From a virus (taxonomy: Duplodnaviria; Caudoviricetes), in IMG/VR virus record IMGVR_UViG_3300038968_000070, positions 59,914 through 123,913 of that record: DNA of 64,000 bases. The stretch is one strand, 5' to 3'. Each line of letters starts with the position of its first letter. Position 1 is the stretch's first letter. The notes below the pieces were generated by a model. The model worked only from the letters and a program-made list of their open reading frames with translations. It ran no database searches and was not told the origin of the DNA. The position numbers were made by a program, and so were the translations under genes. Below, piece by piece: positions 29,185 to 38,313 of the stretch.

Positions 29185-31284
29185 ATGCCGCCCGCGCGCA
29201 CGCAGCGAATCAAGGCCGGAATCGATCTTCCCGCGCTCCTCAAGATGCAGGAACCGTTGACGATCGCTCTCGTCCGGGTCCGGGGAAACAACAAGGAGCC
29301 GATCATGTTGGAGCCCCGTGAGGGGCACCACGTGTCGAACGTCGGCTGGACGATCGCCGAGGTGCAGGCGATCGATCAGGAGGTCATCGACGTCGCCGGT
29401 GGCGGCGTCTACGAGCTGCAAGTTACCGACGCGTCGCCCGACCCGCAGAGCACGGCGTGGACGTTCGTGATCCCCGTGGAGGCTTACCCGATGAAGATGC
29501 CCCGGACGAATCCGGCCTCGGCCGCGTACGGCTACGGCGTGACGTCGCCACCCGCCTCGCCGGCGGGCCTCGCAGGCTACCCGTCCTACGCGCACGCACC
29601 CGTCCACCCGGTTCACTACGGCGCGGCGACGCCGATCGCCGCCCCGCCGCCGCCACGGTCCGCGCCGACGGTCGACGTCGCGCCCGGCACGTACACGATG
29701 CAGCAAGAGCTGCATCGGCGTGACTTGGCGATCATCGAGGAGCGTCATCGGCACGAGCGCGAGCTGGGCGAGCTGCGGCGGCAGGTTGAGGCAAACCGGA
29801 CGCCCGCCGGGCTCGACGACCGGATCGCCGCCGAGCGTGCGGCGCGGGAGGCCGCCGAGCGCGCCGCCGCTGAGGCGCGGGCCGTCGCCGAGCGCGCGCT
29901 GGCGGAGGCGCAGCGCGCCGCCGCCGAGGCGCAGGCGCGCGCCGAGCGTGAAGCGGCCGAGCGCCGCGCCGAGGAGCGTCAGCGCGCGCTCGAAGCGCAG
30001 ATCGCCGAAGACCGCCGCCGCGCCGACGAGAAGTTCACGCAGCTCATGGCGCAGATGGCGGCGATCGCGCAGCGCCCTGCGGGCCCCGACCCGATGATGA
30101 TGCTCCTCATCGAGAATCAGAAGGCGACGGCCGAGGCGGCGCGTGAGGCGGCGCGGATCGCCGCCGAGACCGAGCGCGAGAAGGCGCGCGTCAAGGCCGA
30201 GACCGACAAGGAGGTCGCTCGCGCCCGCGCCGAGGAAGCTCGCATCAACTCCGAGTCGCAGAACCGGCTGATCGAGCGCGTGCACACGATGATGGCGCCG
30301 AACCAGATGTCGCCGATGGACGCCGCCCGCGTCGTGCGTGAGGCGAGCCAGAGCGCCGACCAGTTCACGAAGACGATGGTCGGTTCGATGAACGACATGA
30401 TGGACATCCAGCGCAACTTCCTCGCGAACATGATGCAGATGGCGCCGCAGGGTGAGGGTGTCGCCGGCCGCATCGTGAGCGCGATCGAGAACGTCGCGCA
30501 GACCGTGACGCAGTCGCAGGCGCAGGTCGCGGCCGCGCAGGCGCACGCCGCAAGCGTGGCGCAGCGTGCGGCGAGCTGGCAGCCGCCGCCCCCGGTGGCG
30601 CCGACCGGTGCCGCCGCGCCGCAGCCCGTCGACGGCGGCGCGAGCGGCGGCCTGAACGGCACGAACGGCGCACCGCAGAACGGCGCGGCCGCGCCGGAGC
30701 CGCAGGCGCAACCTGTCGTCGACGCGCCCGCGTCGTCGACCGACCCCGGCCCCGTGCGCAACGGCAAGACCGACGCGCAGTGGTTCGGTCCTGCGCTCCC
30801 GGACATCCAGCGGCTCCGTGAAGGCGTCACCAAGTACCTCGTCGAAGTGACGCGGGAAGAGGTCACGATCGATCAGCCCAAGAAGGGCGAGCCGCCGACC
30901 GTCGTCGGCGACGACGGCAAGGCGGTCGGTGTGTCGCCGCTCTTGGCCGCGCAGATCATCCTGATGTCGGCTGCGATGATCGAGCAGAACAAGGTCCCGG
31001 GCGTCGAGGCGTTCGACTACTTCTGGAAGCAGCAGATGTACCCGGCGCTCGTCGACATCATGATCCCGGACGCGCCGCCGGCCTACCGCACCGACGTGCT
31101 CCGGTTCATGCACCGGCTCTTCATCGGGGAGCCGCTCTTCAAGGACGACGACGAACCGATGTTCGGCATCGCGAAGTACCTCGAAGAAGGCGACGAGGTC
31201 GATGAGGACGAGGCGCCGACGCCGATGCCGGTGCCGACGGCCAAGCCGCCGATCCCGGTCGCGACGGGGCGGAGGGGTCGGTGA
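29185..31284 (+). CDS. large coiled-coil protein (699 aa), function unknown
   Basis: Long A/E/R coiled coil, Met/Gln-rich region, Pro linkers. Confidence 0.85.
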   Translation: MPPARTQRIKAGIDLPALLKMQEPLTIALVRVRGNNKEPIMLEPREGHHVSNVGWTIAEVQAIDQEVIDVAGGGVYELQVTDASPDPQSTAWTFVIPVEAYPMKMPRTNPASAAYGYGVTSPPASPAGLAGYPSYAHAPVHPVHYGAATPIAAPPPPRSAPTVDVAPGTYTMQQELHRRDLAIIEERHRHERELGELRRQVEANRTPAGLDDRIAAERAAREAAERAAAEARAVAERALAEAQRAAAEAQARAEREAAERRAEERQRALEAQIAEDRRRADEKFTQLMAQMAAIAQRPAGPDPMMMLLIENQKATAEAAREAARIAAETEREKARVKAETDKEVARARAEEARINSESQNRLIERVHTMMAPNQMSPMDAARVVREASQSADQFTKTMVGSMNDMMDIQRNFLANMMQMAPQGEGVAGRIVSAIENVAQTVTQSQAQVAAAQAHAASVAQRAASWQPPPPVAPTGAAAPQPVDGGASGGLNGTNGAPQNGAAAPEPQAQPVVDAPASSTDPGPVRNGKTDAQWFGPALPDIQRLREGVTKYLVEVTREEVTIDQPKKGEPPTVVGDDGKAVGVSPLLAAQIILMSAAMIEQNKVPGVEAFDYFWKQQMYPALVDIMIPDAPPAYRTDVLRFMHRLFIGEPLFKDDDEPMFGIAKYLEEGDEVDEDEAPTPMPVPTAKPPIPVATGRRGR

Positions 31285-31664
31285 CGCGGAAGCGCAAGGG
31301 TGCGCCGCGGAAGCGTAAGGGTGCGCCACGTAAGCGCACCGCGAAGCAGCCGACGTCGATCAACATCACGAGCAAGGGCGGTCGCGTCTACATCGCCGCC
31401 GACTTCCCGGCCGACGGCTTCAACGACGTCATCGAGACGTTGCGCAACCAGATCCTCGGGCCGTCGGCGAAGCGGGCGCGGATGTCGAAGGCGCTGCGTG
31501 CGCAGATCCAGGCGATCCAGGCGACGCCGCTCAGCGGCATCGGCGTCGCTCCGTGGCCGGCGCCGTCGTTCAACACGGCGACGGCGGGCGGTGCGCCCGT
31601 GCCACCACCGTCGCCGCTGGTGTCCGACGACGACGACGACACCGGGCCGAACGGCCTGGGCTGA
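31281..31664 (+). CDS. basic protein with RKRKGAP tandem repeats
   Basis: 21-bp coding tandem repeat; GGAGG RBS. Confidence 0.7.
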   Translation: MTRKRKGAPRKRKGAPRKRTAKQPTSINITSKGGRVYIAADFPADGFNDVIETLRNQILGPSAKRARMSKALRAQIQAIQATPLSGIGVAPWPAPSFNTATAGGAPVPPPSPLVSDDDDDTGPNGLG

Positions 31665-31691
31665 CGCACCCGCGTGATACCCTTGAAGGCG

Positions 31692-32066
31692 ATGACCTTG
31701 GACTGGCAGCCGAACGAGCAGTACACCGTGTTCTACAAGGAAGCCGACGTCGGCATCTTGTTCATGGTCGAGCGCCTCGTCGGCAAGAAGCTCTACGCCG
31801 CCGTCGCTGTCGAGGGTGCGCACCCGCGTGGGATCTCGCTCGCGCAGTTCATCGAGACCGCCGAGAAGTTCCTCCTCGGCGACAAGTTCCGGTCGGTCGC
31901 GAGTGCGCAGGCCGCGTGCGCCAAGTACCTACGCGCCGCGCAGCGCGAGATCGCGCGGCGTCGCCGCGCCGGTGCGGTCGACGTGCTCGACATCAACGCG
32001 ACGGGTCGCGTGGTTCATCTTCCGCGGTGGTCGTGGGAGATGACGTCGGACGTTCCGCGGGCGTAG
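31692..32066 (+). CDS. hypothetical protein
   Basis: TGA-TACCCT 8 nt before ATG. Confidence 0.6.
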   Translation: MTLDWQPNEQYTVFYKEADVGILFMVERLVGKKLYAAVAVEGAHPRGISLAQFIETAEKFLLGDKFRSVASAQAACAKYLRAAQREIARRRRAGAVDVLDINATGRVVHLPRWSWEMTSDVPRA

Positions 32067-32418
32067 CGCGCGCAGCGTCTCGGCGGCGTTGTTCGGCGGC
32101 CGCGGCTTCAGCGACGTTGACGACGGTGTCGTAGTCCTCGCCGTTACTGGCACGACAAGCGCGCCCTGCGTTGATGACGGTCTCGCAAAGGTCTTCGTCG
32201 GTGATCTTCAGCGTGTTGCAGCGGCTCACCGCGAGCGCGATGCGCGTCGAGCACCACTCTTCGATTTCAGCGAAGTCGACGTCGCCGATCGGCTTGTCGT
32301 TGTCGGCGCGGAACCACTCGGCGACGCCGGCTTGGAACGCACCCTCTTCGGTAGTCTCGATGGATAGCTCCATCTTGAGCACCGCGAAGGGCTGGCCGTC
32401 TTTGTCGACGCCGATCAC
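31993..32418 (-). CDS. family 1 paralog
   Basis: DEDLCETV; VNVAEAAAAEQRRR. Confidence 0.65.
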   Translation of the reverse strand: MIGVDKDGQPFAVLKMELSIETTEEGAFQAGVAEWFRADNDKPIGDVDFAEIEEWCSTRIALAVSRCNTLKITDEDLCETVINAGRACRASNGEDYDTVVNVAEAAAAEQRRRDAARATPAERPTSSPTTTAEDEPRDPSR

Positions 32419-32792
32419 GTCGCCGCCGGCAGCCGTCGGCGCTGGCGCAGCCACCGGCGCTCGTCGAGGAACTGGCGGTTGATCTCGTACTCCGCGTTCG
32501 AGAGCCGGACGAGCGTGAGCGTGCTGATCGCACAGCTGGCGAGGATCGCGCCGGCGAACGCCTGCTTCCACGGCACACCGACGACGCGGAAAAACGGCGC
32601 GATGAGGAGCGTGCGCGCCGCCGTCCAGCCGAGGAGCCGGATGCCGGCGCCGTTCTTCTTCTCCAGCACGTCCGCGACGGTCGCGTAGGTGGGGAGCTTG
32701 GGCTTGTCGCGCTCGTCGGCGGCGCTGCACGCACCTGACGGCAGGTGACACCAGGCTTGCTTTGCAGGGTCGTAGACGATGTCGCTGCTCAT
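32415..32792 (-). CDS. membrane protein
   Basis: Two hydrophobic segments. Confidence 0.65.
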   Translation of the reverse strand: MSSDIVYDPAKQAWCHLPSGACSAADERDKPKLPTYATVADVLEKKNGAGIRLLGWTAARTLLIAPFFRVVGVPWKQAFAGAILASCAISTLTLVRLSNAEYEINRQFLDERRWLRQRRRLPAAT

Positions 32793-32811
32793 CGGCTTGT
32801 AACCTAGCGTA

Positions 32812-33210
32812 TCACAACGGTGGGGCGTCTCGGCGTGAGATCCGCGTGACCGGCGTGGGGGTGATCCCCCTGCGGCGGTCTTGCTCGTCGATGGCGGCGT
32901 CGGTCACGTTGGCGTAGGCCCAACACTCCTCGTCGGTGGCGCCGCAGTCAGCGGTGAAGGTCGTCGAGAAAGCGGTCGTGACGACGGCGACGAGGTCGGG
33001 GTCGGTGATGCCCATCGCAGCCACGGTCGCCTTCGCCGTCGCGCGGTTGATGGGGTTGACGTTGGGGTACCGCCGCGCGTCGCTTGTTAGCCACGGCGCG
33101 GCGCTGCCTTGTCGACGGATCTCGCGTTCGACGTCGTCGTCCGCGTGGAATCGCTGTCGCACGGTCACGTCGATCGGGTTGAAGTAGCCCAGGCTGCCTA
33201 GCTGCGTCAT
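32812..33210 (-). CDS. family 1 paralog
   Basis: DARRYP; DPDLVAVV; ANVTDAAIDEQDRR. Confidence 0.75.
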   Translation of the reverse strand: MTQLGSLGYFNPIDVTVRQRFHADDDVEREIRRQGSAAPWLTSDARRYPNVNPINRATAKATVAAMGITDPDLVAVVTTAFSTTFTADCGATDEECWAYANVTDAAIDEQDRRRGITPTPVTRISRRDAPPL

Positions 33211-33470
33211 CGCTCTCTCGTCACCGGGCGTGGCGTTCGTCCGAATCGGCGATCTTGTTCGTCGATCGCGGCGTCGAAGACGTGGATCCAAGTCCATAGC
33301 GACTCGGGTTCAAAGGGGTCATCAACGTTGCGTGCACGTGTTACGGCTGTGCGTAGGTCATCGTCGAGCCACGCAAGCGCTGCGTTCCAGCCGCCGTCGC
33401 CGCAGTCAGGGAAGCGTCGCGGGTCGCCGGTGTACGCACAGAACGGATACTCAGGCCACGCGTGGTTCAT
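33207..33470 (-). CDS. family 1 paralog
   Basis: GDPRRFPDCG; DDDLRTAV; HVFDAAIDEQDRR. Confidence 0.75.
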   Translation of the reverse strand: MNHAWPEYPFCAYTGDPRRFPDCGDGGWNAALAWLDDDLRTAVTRARNVDDPFEPESLWTWIHVFDAAIDEQDRRFGRTPRPVTRER

Positions 33471-33721
33471 CGCTCGCGCACCACCGGCTTCGGCTCCAGC
33501 CCACGCCGCCGGTCCATCTCGTCGATCGCGGCGTCGAAGACGTTGATGAACGCCCAGAGCGCGTCACGTGGCCAGATGCCGCCCCACGACGCGATGACGG
33601 CGCGCCGGAGGTCTGCGTCGAGCCACTCGGTGTAGTCGTAGAGACCGCGGCCGGCGGCGCCGCAATCGGGGTACCGGCGGGGGTCGCCTGTTGGGTGTGG
33701 GAAACCGGCGGCGGTGGTCAT
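33467..33721 (-). CDS. family 1 paralog
   Basis: GDPRRYPDCG; DADLRRAV; INVFDAAIDEMDRR. Confidence 0.75.
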   Translation of the reverse strand: MTTAAGFPHPTGDPRRYPDCGAAGRGLYDYTEWLDADLRRAVIASWGGIWPRDALWAFINVFDAAIDEMDRRRGLEPKPVVRER

Positions 33722-33753
33722 GCGAAAGCTGAACGTCGACCAGACGATGCCGA

Positions 33754-34905
33754 TCACCGTCGATGCCGACGACGACGTCGCGAGCCGCTGATCGACGGTG
33801 TCGGCTCCGCGTCGACACGCGTCTTCTTGCGCCGCGCGTCGCGACGCTCCGTGGCGTAGCGGAACACGTTGATGAGCGCCGTCGACGCCACCGCGCCCGC
33901 GCTGAGGATGCCGAGCATGTACATGCGGTCCTGGTGCATCTTCAGCTCGTGCACCGCCGCGGTCGCGGGGTCCATCGGCGGCGCGCCGTCGGCGGTCGCG
34001 GTCTCGGCGCCCAGGACGTTCGCCATCGGGCCGGCGATGCCGGGGCGTCGATACGCAGGCGCAGCGCCCTTGCCCCACGGCGTCATGAACGCCGGGTCGT
34101 TCGGCGTCGGGCGACCGTGCGGCGGCGCCCACGGCGCCGGTGAGTAGGCGCCCTCCTTCATGGGGATCCACTGCGACATGACCGGCGTGTAGCCGTACTG
34201 CGTTGACAGCTGCATGTCCGTCGGGACGGCGCCCATGCCCGGGGTCGGGCAACCGACGCCGGCGGTGCGGCACGTGAACCGCGCGAGGCGCCCCAGCACG
34301 CCGTTGGGCTCGTAGGCCGACGTCCGGTCCTGCCGGTAGTTCGGTCCGCGCTCGGGGCGATCGGTGCAGTACGCCTGCGGGCCGAAGTCCTTGGTCGCCG
34401 CGACCATCTCGAAGCTCGGGTACGGGCTCCGGTCGCCGTAGGGGGCGAGGACGATGCCGAGGGCGCCGAGGGCGCTGTTGACTTCCTGGCGTGACGCGAC
34501 TCGGAAGTTCTCACGGAAGACGTGCCCGCGTCGCGTCGCCCCGCTCAAAGTGCCCTTGAGCGCCTCGATGGTGCCGTAGGGGTCGAGCACGCGCTTGACG
34601 CGCGTGGCGGCGGCGGTCGTGAACGCCTCGGCGGAGGCCGCCCGGCGCGTGAACGACGCCGTGGGCGCCGGCGACGCCTCGGCCGCCGGCCCCGTCTGGA
34701 TCATCGTCGACGCGCGCTGGACGCCGTCGACGAACTTGCCCGGTGGGAACAGGTAGTACCGCTGTTGCGCGGCACGCGCCGGGTTCTCACAGCCGACGAC
34801 GCCGTTGCCGGCGGCCGTGGGGCCGGTCAAGAGCACCGTCGTCGTGCCAGGGGCGACGCCGACGGCGGTGGGCTGACCAGGGGTCGACTCGATGGCGGTC
34901 TGCAC
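33754..34905 (-). CDS. putative virion protein with TM and poly-Arg tail
   Basis: VGVAPGTTT; GMGA, VLGA; TM; SISGSRRRRRHRR. Confidence 0.75.
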   Translation of the reverse strand: MQTAIESTPGQPTAVGVAPGTTTVLLTGPTAAGNGVVGCENPARAAQQRYYLFPPGKFVDGVQRASTMIQTGPAAEASPAPTASFTRRAASAEAFTTAAATRVKRVLDPYGTIEALKGTLSGATRRGHVFRENFRVASRQEVNSALGALGIVLAPYGDRSPYPSFEMVAATKDFGPQAYCTDRPERGPNYRQDRTSAYEPNGVLGRLARFTCRTAGVGCPTPGMGAVPTDMQLSTQYGYTPVMSQWIPMKEGAYSPAPWAPPHGRPTPNDPAFMTPWGKGAAPAYRRPGIAGPMANVLGAETATADGAPPMDPATAAVHELKMHQDRMYMLGILSAGAVASTALINVFRYATERRDARRKKTRVDAEPTPSISGSRRRRRHRR

Positions 34906-34909
34906 GGGG

Positions 34910-35371
34910 TCAGCGTACCACAGCGGGCCCGGGGCCCGCTACGGCGCCGCGTAGGCGGCGGTCCTCCGCCACGACCGCGTCGAGGATGTTGTTGAACGCC
35001 GCGAACGACGCCGGGTCGCGCCATGCAGTCGTATTGAAGACACGCGCGAGCGTCCGTGTGTACTCGGTCGTGAGCCCGAGGTCGACGACGAGGAGCGGTG
35101 CGAACGACAAGCGCCCGAGCTTGCGGTGGTCGCCGCGCTCGCGGCGGTACTCGAACATGTACCAGTTGAGGCGCGCGTAGGGGTCGAGATCGTCGAGCGG
35201 GTCGTGGAACAACCCGTCGCCGAGGCCGTAGCCGACCGCCCGTGTGACGTCGCGTTTGCGCTCCGTCGCCGCGTGTCGCGCTTCGAGCAGCGTTCTTGCA
35301 GAACCCGCGCGCCAGCACGCCCACCGAGCGTTCAACGCGCGGATCAAGTTATCGCTGACGTGGTCATGCAC
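34910..35371 (-). CDS. family 1 paralog
   Basis: DPYARL; FNNILDAVVAEDRR. Confidence 0.65.
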   Translation of the reverse strand: MHDHVSDNLIRALNARWACWRAGSARTLLEARHAATERKRDVTRAVGYGLGDGLFHDPLDDLDPYARLNWYMFEYRRERGDHRKLGRLSFAPLLVVDLGLTTEYTRTLARVFNTTAWRDPASFAAFNNILDAVVAEDRRLRGAVAGPGPAVVR

Positions 35372-35870
35372 TGCGTGGCTCCTGCCGCCGGCGCGCCGCC
35401 GTCTCGACCGCCGCTGCGATGATGTTGTCGAGCGCGGCACGGTCCTCTTGCCTCGACCAGTCGGTCGTCATGTATGCCTCTCGAACGGCGTCGGTCAGGT
35501 CAGCCCAGCACCGTAGCGTCAGGTCAGCCCAGCACCGTAGCGCAAGATCGTCGACGAGGAATCCGCTCATGATCCGGCGCGCCGGGCGCTCGGTGCTGAG
35601 GAACATGTAGTCCCACAGCCGTGAGTACGGATCGCGGGCGCCCCCGCCGGTCAACGCGTGTTCGACGGCGCGCGTTGGGTCGGTCACCCGCGCGTCGTGC
35701 AGCGCATTCCAGATCGCCCAGCGATGTCGCAGTGCTGTGCGTAGCGTGGGCACATCGGCGATCGTCACGAGCGTATCATATAAGAATACGCGGACGAACG
35801 CAAACCTGGCGCGCCAGCGGGCGGGGACCGTGAACGTCGTCGTGCCGGGTGCGGTGCCGACTACCGGCAC
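35364..35870 (-). CDS. family 1 paralog with capsid-like N-terminal peptide
   Basis: VGTAPGTTTFT; DPYSRL; LDNIIAAAVETAARR. Confidence 0.65.
   Translation of the reverse strand: MPVVGTAPGTTTFTVPARWRARFAFVRVFLYDTLVTIADVPTLRTALRHRWAIWNALHDARVTDPTRAVEHALTGGGARDPYSRLWDYMFLSTERPARRIMSGFLVDDLALRCWADLTLRCWADLTDAVREAYMTTDWSRQEDRAALDNIIAAAVETAARRRQEPRSA
35494..35541. repeat. perfect 24-bp tandem duplication GTCAGGTCAGCCCAGCACCGTAGC x2
   Basis: Read directly; in frame (LRCWADLT x2). Confidence 0.9.
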
Positions 35871-36194
35871 TTCGCGACCGCGGTCCGGCGGCAGCGGTAG
35901 CGGCTCTGCGGCCCGCGCTTCACGAGCGACGCGCGAGCCTTCGCGGCCCACTTGCGGTACTGCTTGTTGTACTTCTTCTTCCAGCCCTTCTTCGTCTTGA
36001 TCGTCGCGACGTGCTTCTGCCCGTCGGCGCCGACGTAGGTGCAGACCTGCCGGTAGTGCGTCGCGGTCGGCTTCAGCCGCTTGCACTTGTACTCCTGGCT
36101 CTCGTAGATCGGCGCGCGCCGGGGGGCCGGGGCCGATCTTGCGAGTCCTTTTGAACGGCTGGTGCGAGTCGTCGATACGGCGGGGGGTGGCCAT
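35861..36194 (-). CDS. basic Cys-containing protein, probably frameshifted at a C6 run
   Basis: GC3-rich frame switches at 36121-36126. Confidence 0.5.
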
Positions 36195-36226
36195 GTGGGC
36201 ATGTTATCGCGCCGTTGCCCGATGGT

Positions 36227-36544
36227 CTAGGCGATCTCTTCGAGGACGGTCAAGACGTGGTTCAGTTCGCGGACCGCTCGCGTCAACCTTCGCTCGATGT
36301 CTCGTTTGATGTCGTCGGCCTGGACGGTGTCTACCTCGTGCTTGCGGATCGCTTCACAAATCTCAGTGATCGCGGTGCGGTGCGCGCCCAACTTTTGCTC
36401 GGTCTTTTCCAGATTGAAAGGCATTGCTTCCGTGTTTATCATATGAGAAAACCGGTCGCAAGCCGATGACCTTGTTCGACGTCTTTCGTATGCTGTTCGG
36501 GTTGTCCGCCTACGGACACACGCCCGAGGACGAGACCCTGGCAA
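36227..36544 (-). CDS. hypothetical helical protein (true start probably downstream)
   Basis: Coding-like C-terminal part. Confidence 0.4.
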   Translation of the reverse strand: MPGSRPRACVRRRTTRTAYERRRTRSSACDRFSHMINTEAMPFNLEKTEQKLGAHRTAITEICEAIRKHEVDTVQADDIKRDIERRLTRAVRELNHVLTVLEEIA

Positions 36545-36794
36545 CGTGGCTATGCTTGCTTGTCGGGTTAGTGGTCGGGTTCGTTAGTGGTTGGGCTGTG
36601 AGCCCGTAGATACGGGAGCGGAGAGGATGCGTAAGAAGCAATGTTTGGGTTCGGGGGCGTCGTGCTCACCTGAGTGGCGGTACCCCGTGGAAAACGGGAA
36701 GACGCGTTGCCCCGATTGTGGTCGATGGCTCAAAGCCCGTCGCAATCCGTTCGGTGGGCTCACCTTGCAGATGCCGCGGCACAACACCGAGGCG

Positions 36795-37106
36795 TCAGCG
36801 CCGACAACGACGCCACGGCCCCGGCGTCCGTGACTTGATCATGCAGCGGCGTGCGGTGTCAGGGTCGTAGCGTTTCATCGCGAACGGGCGGTACGCTGCG
36901 ATGAACTTGTCCCTGGGCCAACCGCGGCGGCCCGGCCCGAGTCCTTGGCTTGACTGCCAGTCGAGGATGCGTCCGCGGCGTTCGATCCACGCGTGCTGAA
37001 ACACGCGTCCCGACCACGGATCGTGGACCTTCGCGTGGACGACGACGTCGCCGGTGCGTGCGTTCGCGACCGCGTAGCCGAAACAGTCGCCACAGGCGAT
37101 GGTCAC
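36795..37106 (-). CDS. minimal transglutaminase/papain-fold Cys-His-Asp protein
   Basis: GDCF..FQHAWIE..ILDW. Confidence 0.6.
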   Translation of the reverse strand: MTIACGDCFGYAVANARTGDVVVHAKVHDPWSGRVFQHAWIERRGRILDWQSSQGLGPGRRGWPRDKFIAAYRPFAMKRYDPDTARRCMIKSRTPGPWRRCRR

Positions 37107-37525
37107 TTCGCGCCCGCGCGCGACAGTGCCGACAGCCGTTCGAGGTTCGCGAGGAGCGCCTCAGCTGCGGCGCCGAGCCGGCCCGCCTCGATCTCGGCGA
37201 CCACGCCGATCGCCTGCGCGATCTTCTCCTGCGCGATGAGGAGCGCCCGCGCCTCGTGCTCGGGCTTGATCTCGACGCCGGCGGCCTTCGCCAGCTTCCT
37301 GAAGCGGTCGAGGTACGCGTTCACGGCGGCTTCGTTGTCGTTGAAGACGCCGTTCTTGATCGCGACGACGATGACCGCGACCGCGACGGCCGCCCAGCGG
37401 TCGACTTCGGCGGCGGTCGCCGCCCGCTTCTTGCGCCAGGCGCTCACGCCGAGCCAGCCGAGGACGGTGCTGACGCCAGTGACGACGGCGTCGGGGTTGT
37501 TACGGACGAGGTCGAGGATGCTCAT
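37103..37525 (-). CDS. membrane protein
   Basis: Two hydrophobic segments; GGAG RBS. Confidence 0.7.
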   Translation of the reverse strand: MSILDLVRNNPDAVVTGVSTVLGWLGVSAWRKKRAATAAEVDRWAAVAVAVIVVAIKNGVFNDNEAAVNAYLDRFRKLAKAAGVEIKPEHEARALLIAQEKIAQAIGVVAEIEAGRLGAAAEALLANLERLSALSRAGAK

Positions 37526-37575
37526 GATTTCGGGCTCCGTATTACGGTGGTGTTGGCGGAATTACAGGCGCGATA

Positions 37576-38301
37576 TCAGCGCAGCACCGCCCGCGCGCCG
37601 TAGAACGCCGCGCCGCCGAGCGCGAGTGCGCCCGCGCCCATCGCCACCATGCCCAGGGTCGTCATCCACCAGCGGCCGGTCGCGCTCATGAACGTGCTGC
37701 GCGAGACCTCGGTGCCCGACGCCGGGCGGCTCTCCGACGGCGCGATCTCGACGTAGTCCTTGTACTCGCCGGCGAGCGTACCCTGCGGCACCGCGACGCG
37801 GTAGACGCGCTTCCAGCCGTCGTAGAACCAGATCTTCGTCGGGGCGAGCGGCCCGCCGCCGCCGTCGGGCGTCGTCATCGACGGCGGCGCCCAGACGGCG
37901 CCGGGCGTCTGCGCGTAGTCGCTCACGAGCGCCCAGCTCGCCTTGCCACCACCGGGCGTCGGCGGCTGCGGAACGCCGCCACCGGTGGCGACGTTGTGAA
38001 TGCCGATCGCGATGACCGCCTTGGCGATCGAGCTGGCGTGCTTGCGGATGAGCGCGAACAGCTTGTCGGCCTGCGTCTGGTCGTACTGCGCGAATGCCCA
38101 GATCACCGGCGCGAGCGTCGAGACCTCCGAGGGGATGCCCGGCGTGCGCGGCAGCATCGCGACGACCGCGCCGGCGGTCTTGAGCCCGACCTTGCCGTCG
38201 ATCGGGCCCGGGTTCGCGGCGGTGTAGCCCGTGGTCTGGGCGTACGTCGTGAGCACCTTCTGAAGCTCTTCGACGCTACTATCGTAGGGCTGCGCGGCCA
38301 T
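37576..38301 (-). CDS. peptidoglycan-binding-like protein with C-terminal TM
   Basis: VEELQKVL..PGPIDGKVGLKT; terminal TM. Confidence 0.7.
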   Translation of the reverse strand: MAAQPYDSSVEELQKVLTTYAQTTGYTAANPGPIDGKVGLKTAGAVVAMLPRTPGIPSEVSTLAPVIWAFAQYDQTQADKLFALIRKHASSIAKAVIAIGIHNVATGGGVPQPPTPGGGKASWALVSDYAQTPGAVWAPPSMTTPDGGGGPLAPTKIWFYDGWKRVYRVAVPQGTLAGEYKDYVEIAPSESRPASGTEVSRSTFMSATGRWWMTTLGMVAMGAGALALGGAAFYGARAVLR

Positions 38302-38313
38302 GGACGTTTCCTT

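Noticed and set aside
29155-31329. 724-aa minus-strand ORF (also 54355..56490, 50173..51693, 12328..13662, 14262..15515)
   Set aside because: Antisense shadows of well-supported genes; stop-poor frames are expected at this GC content
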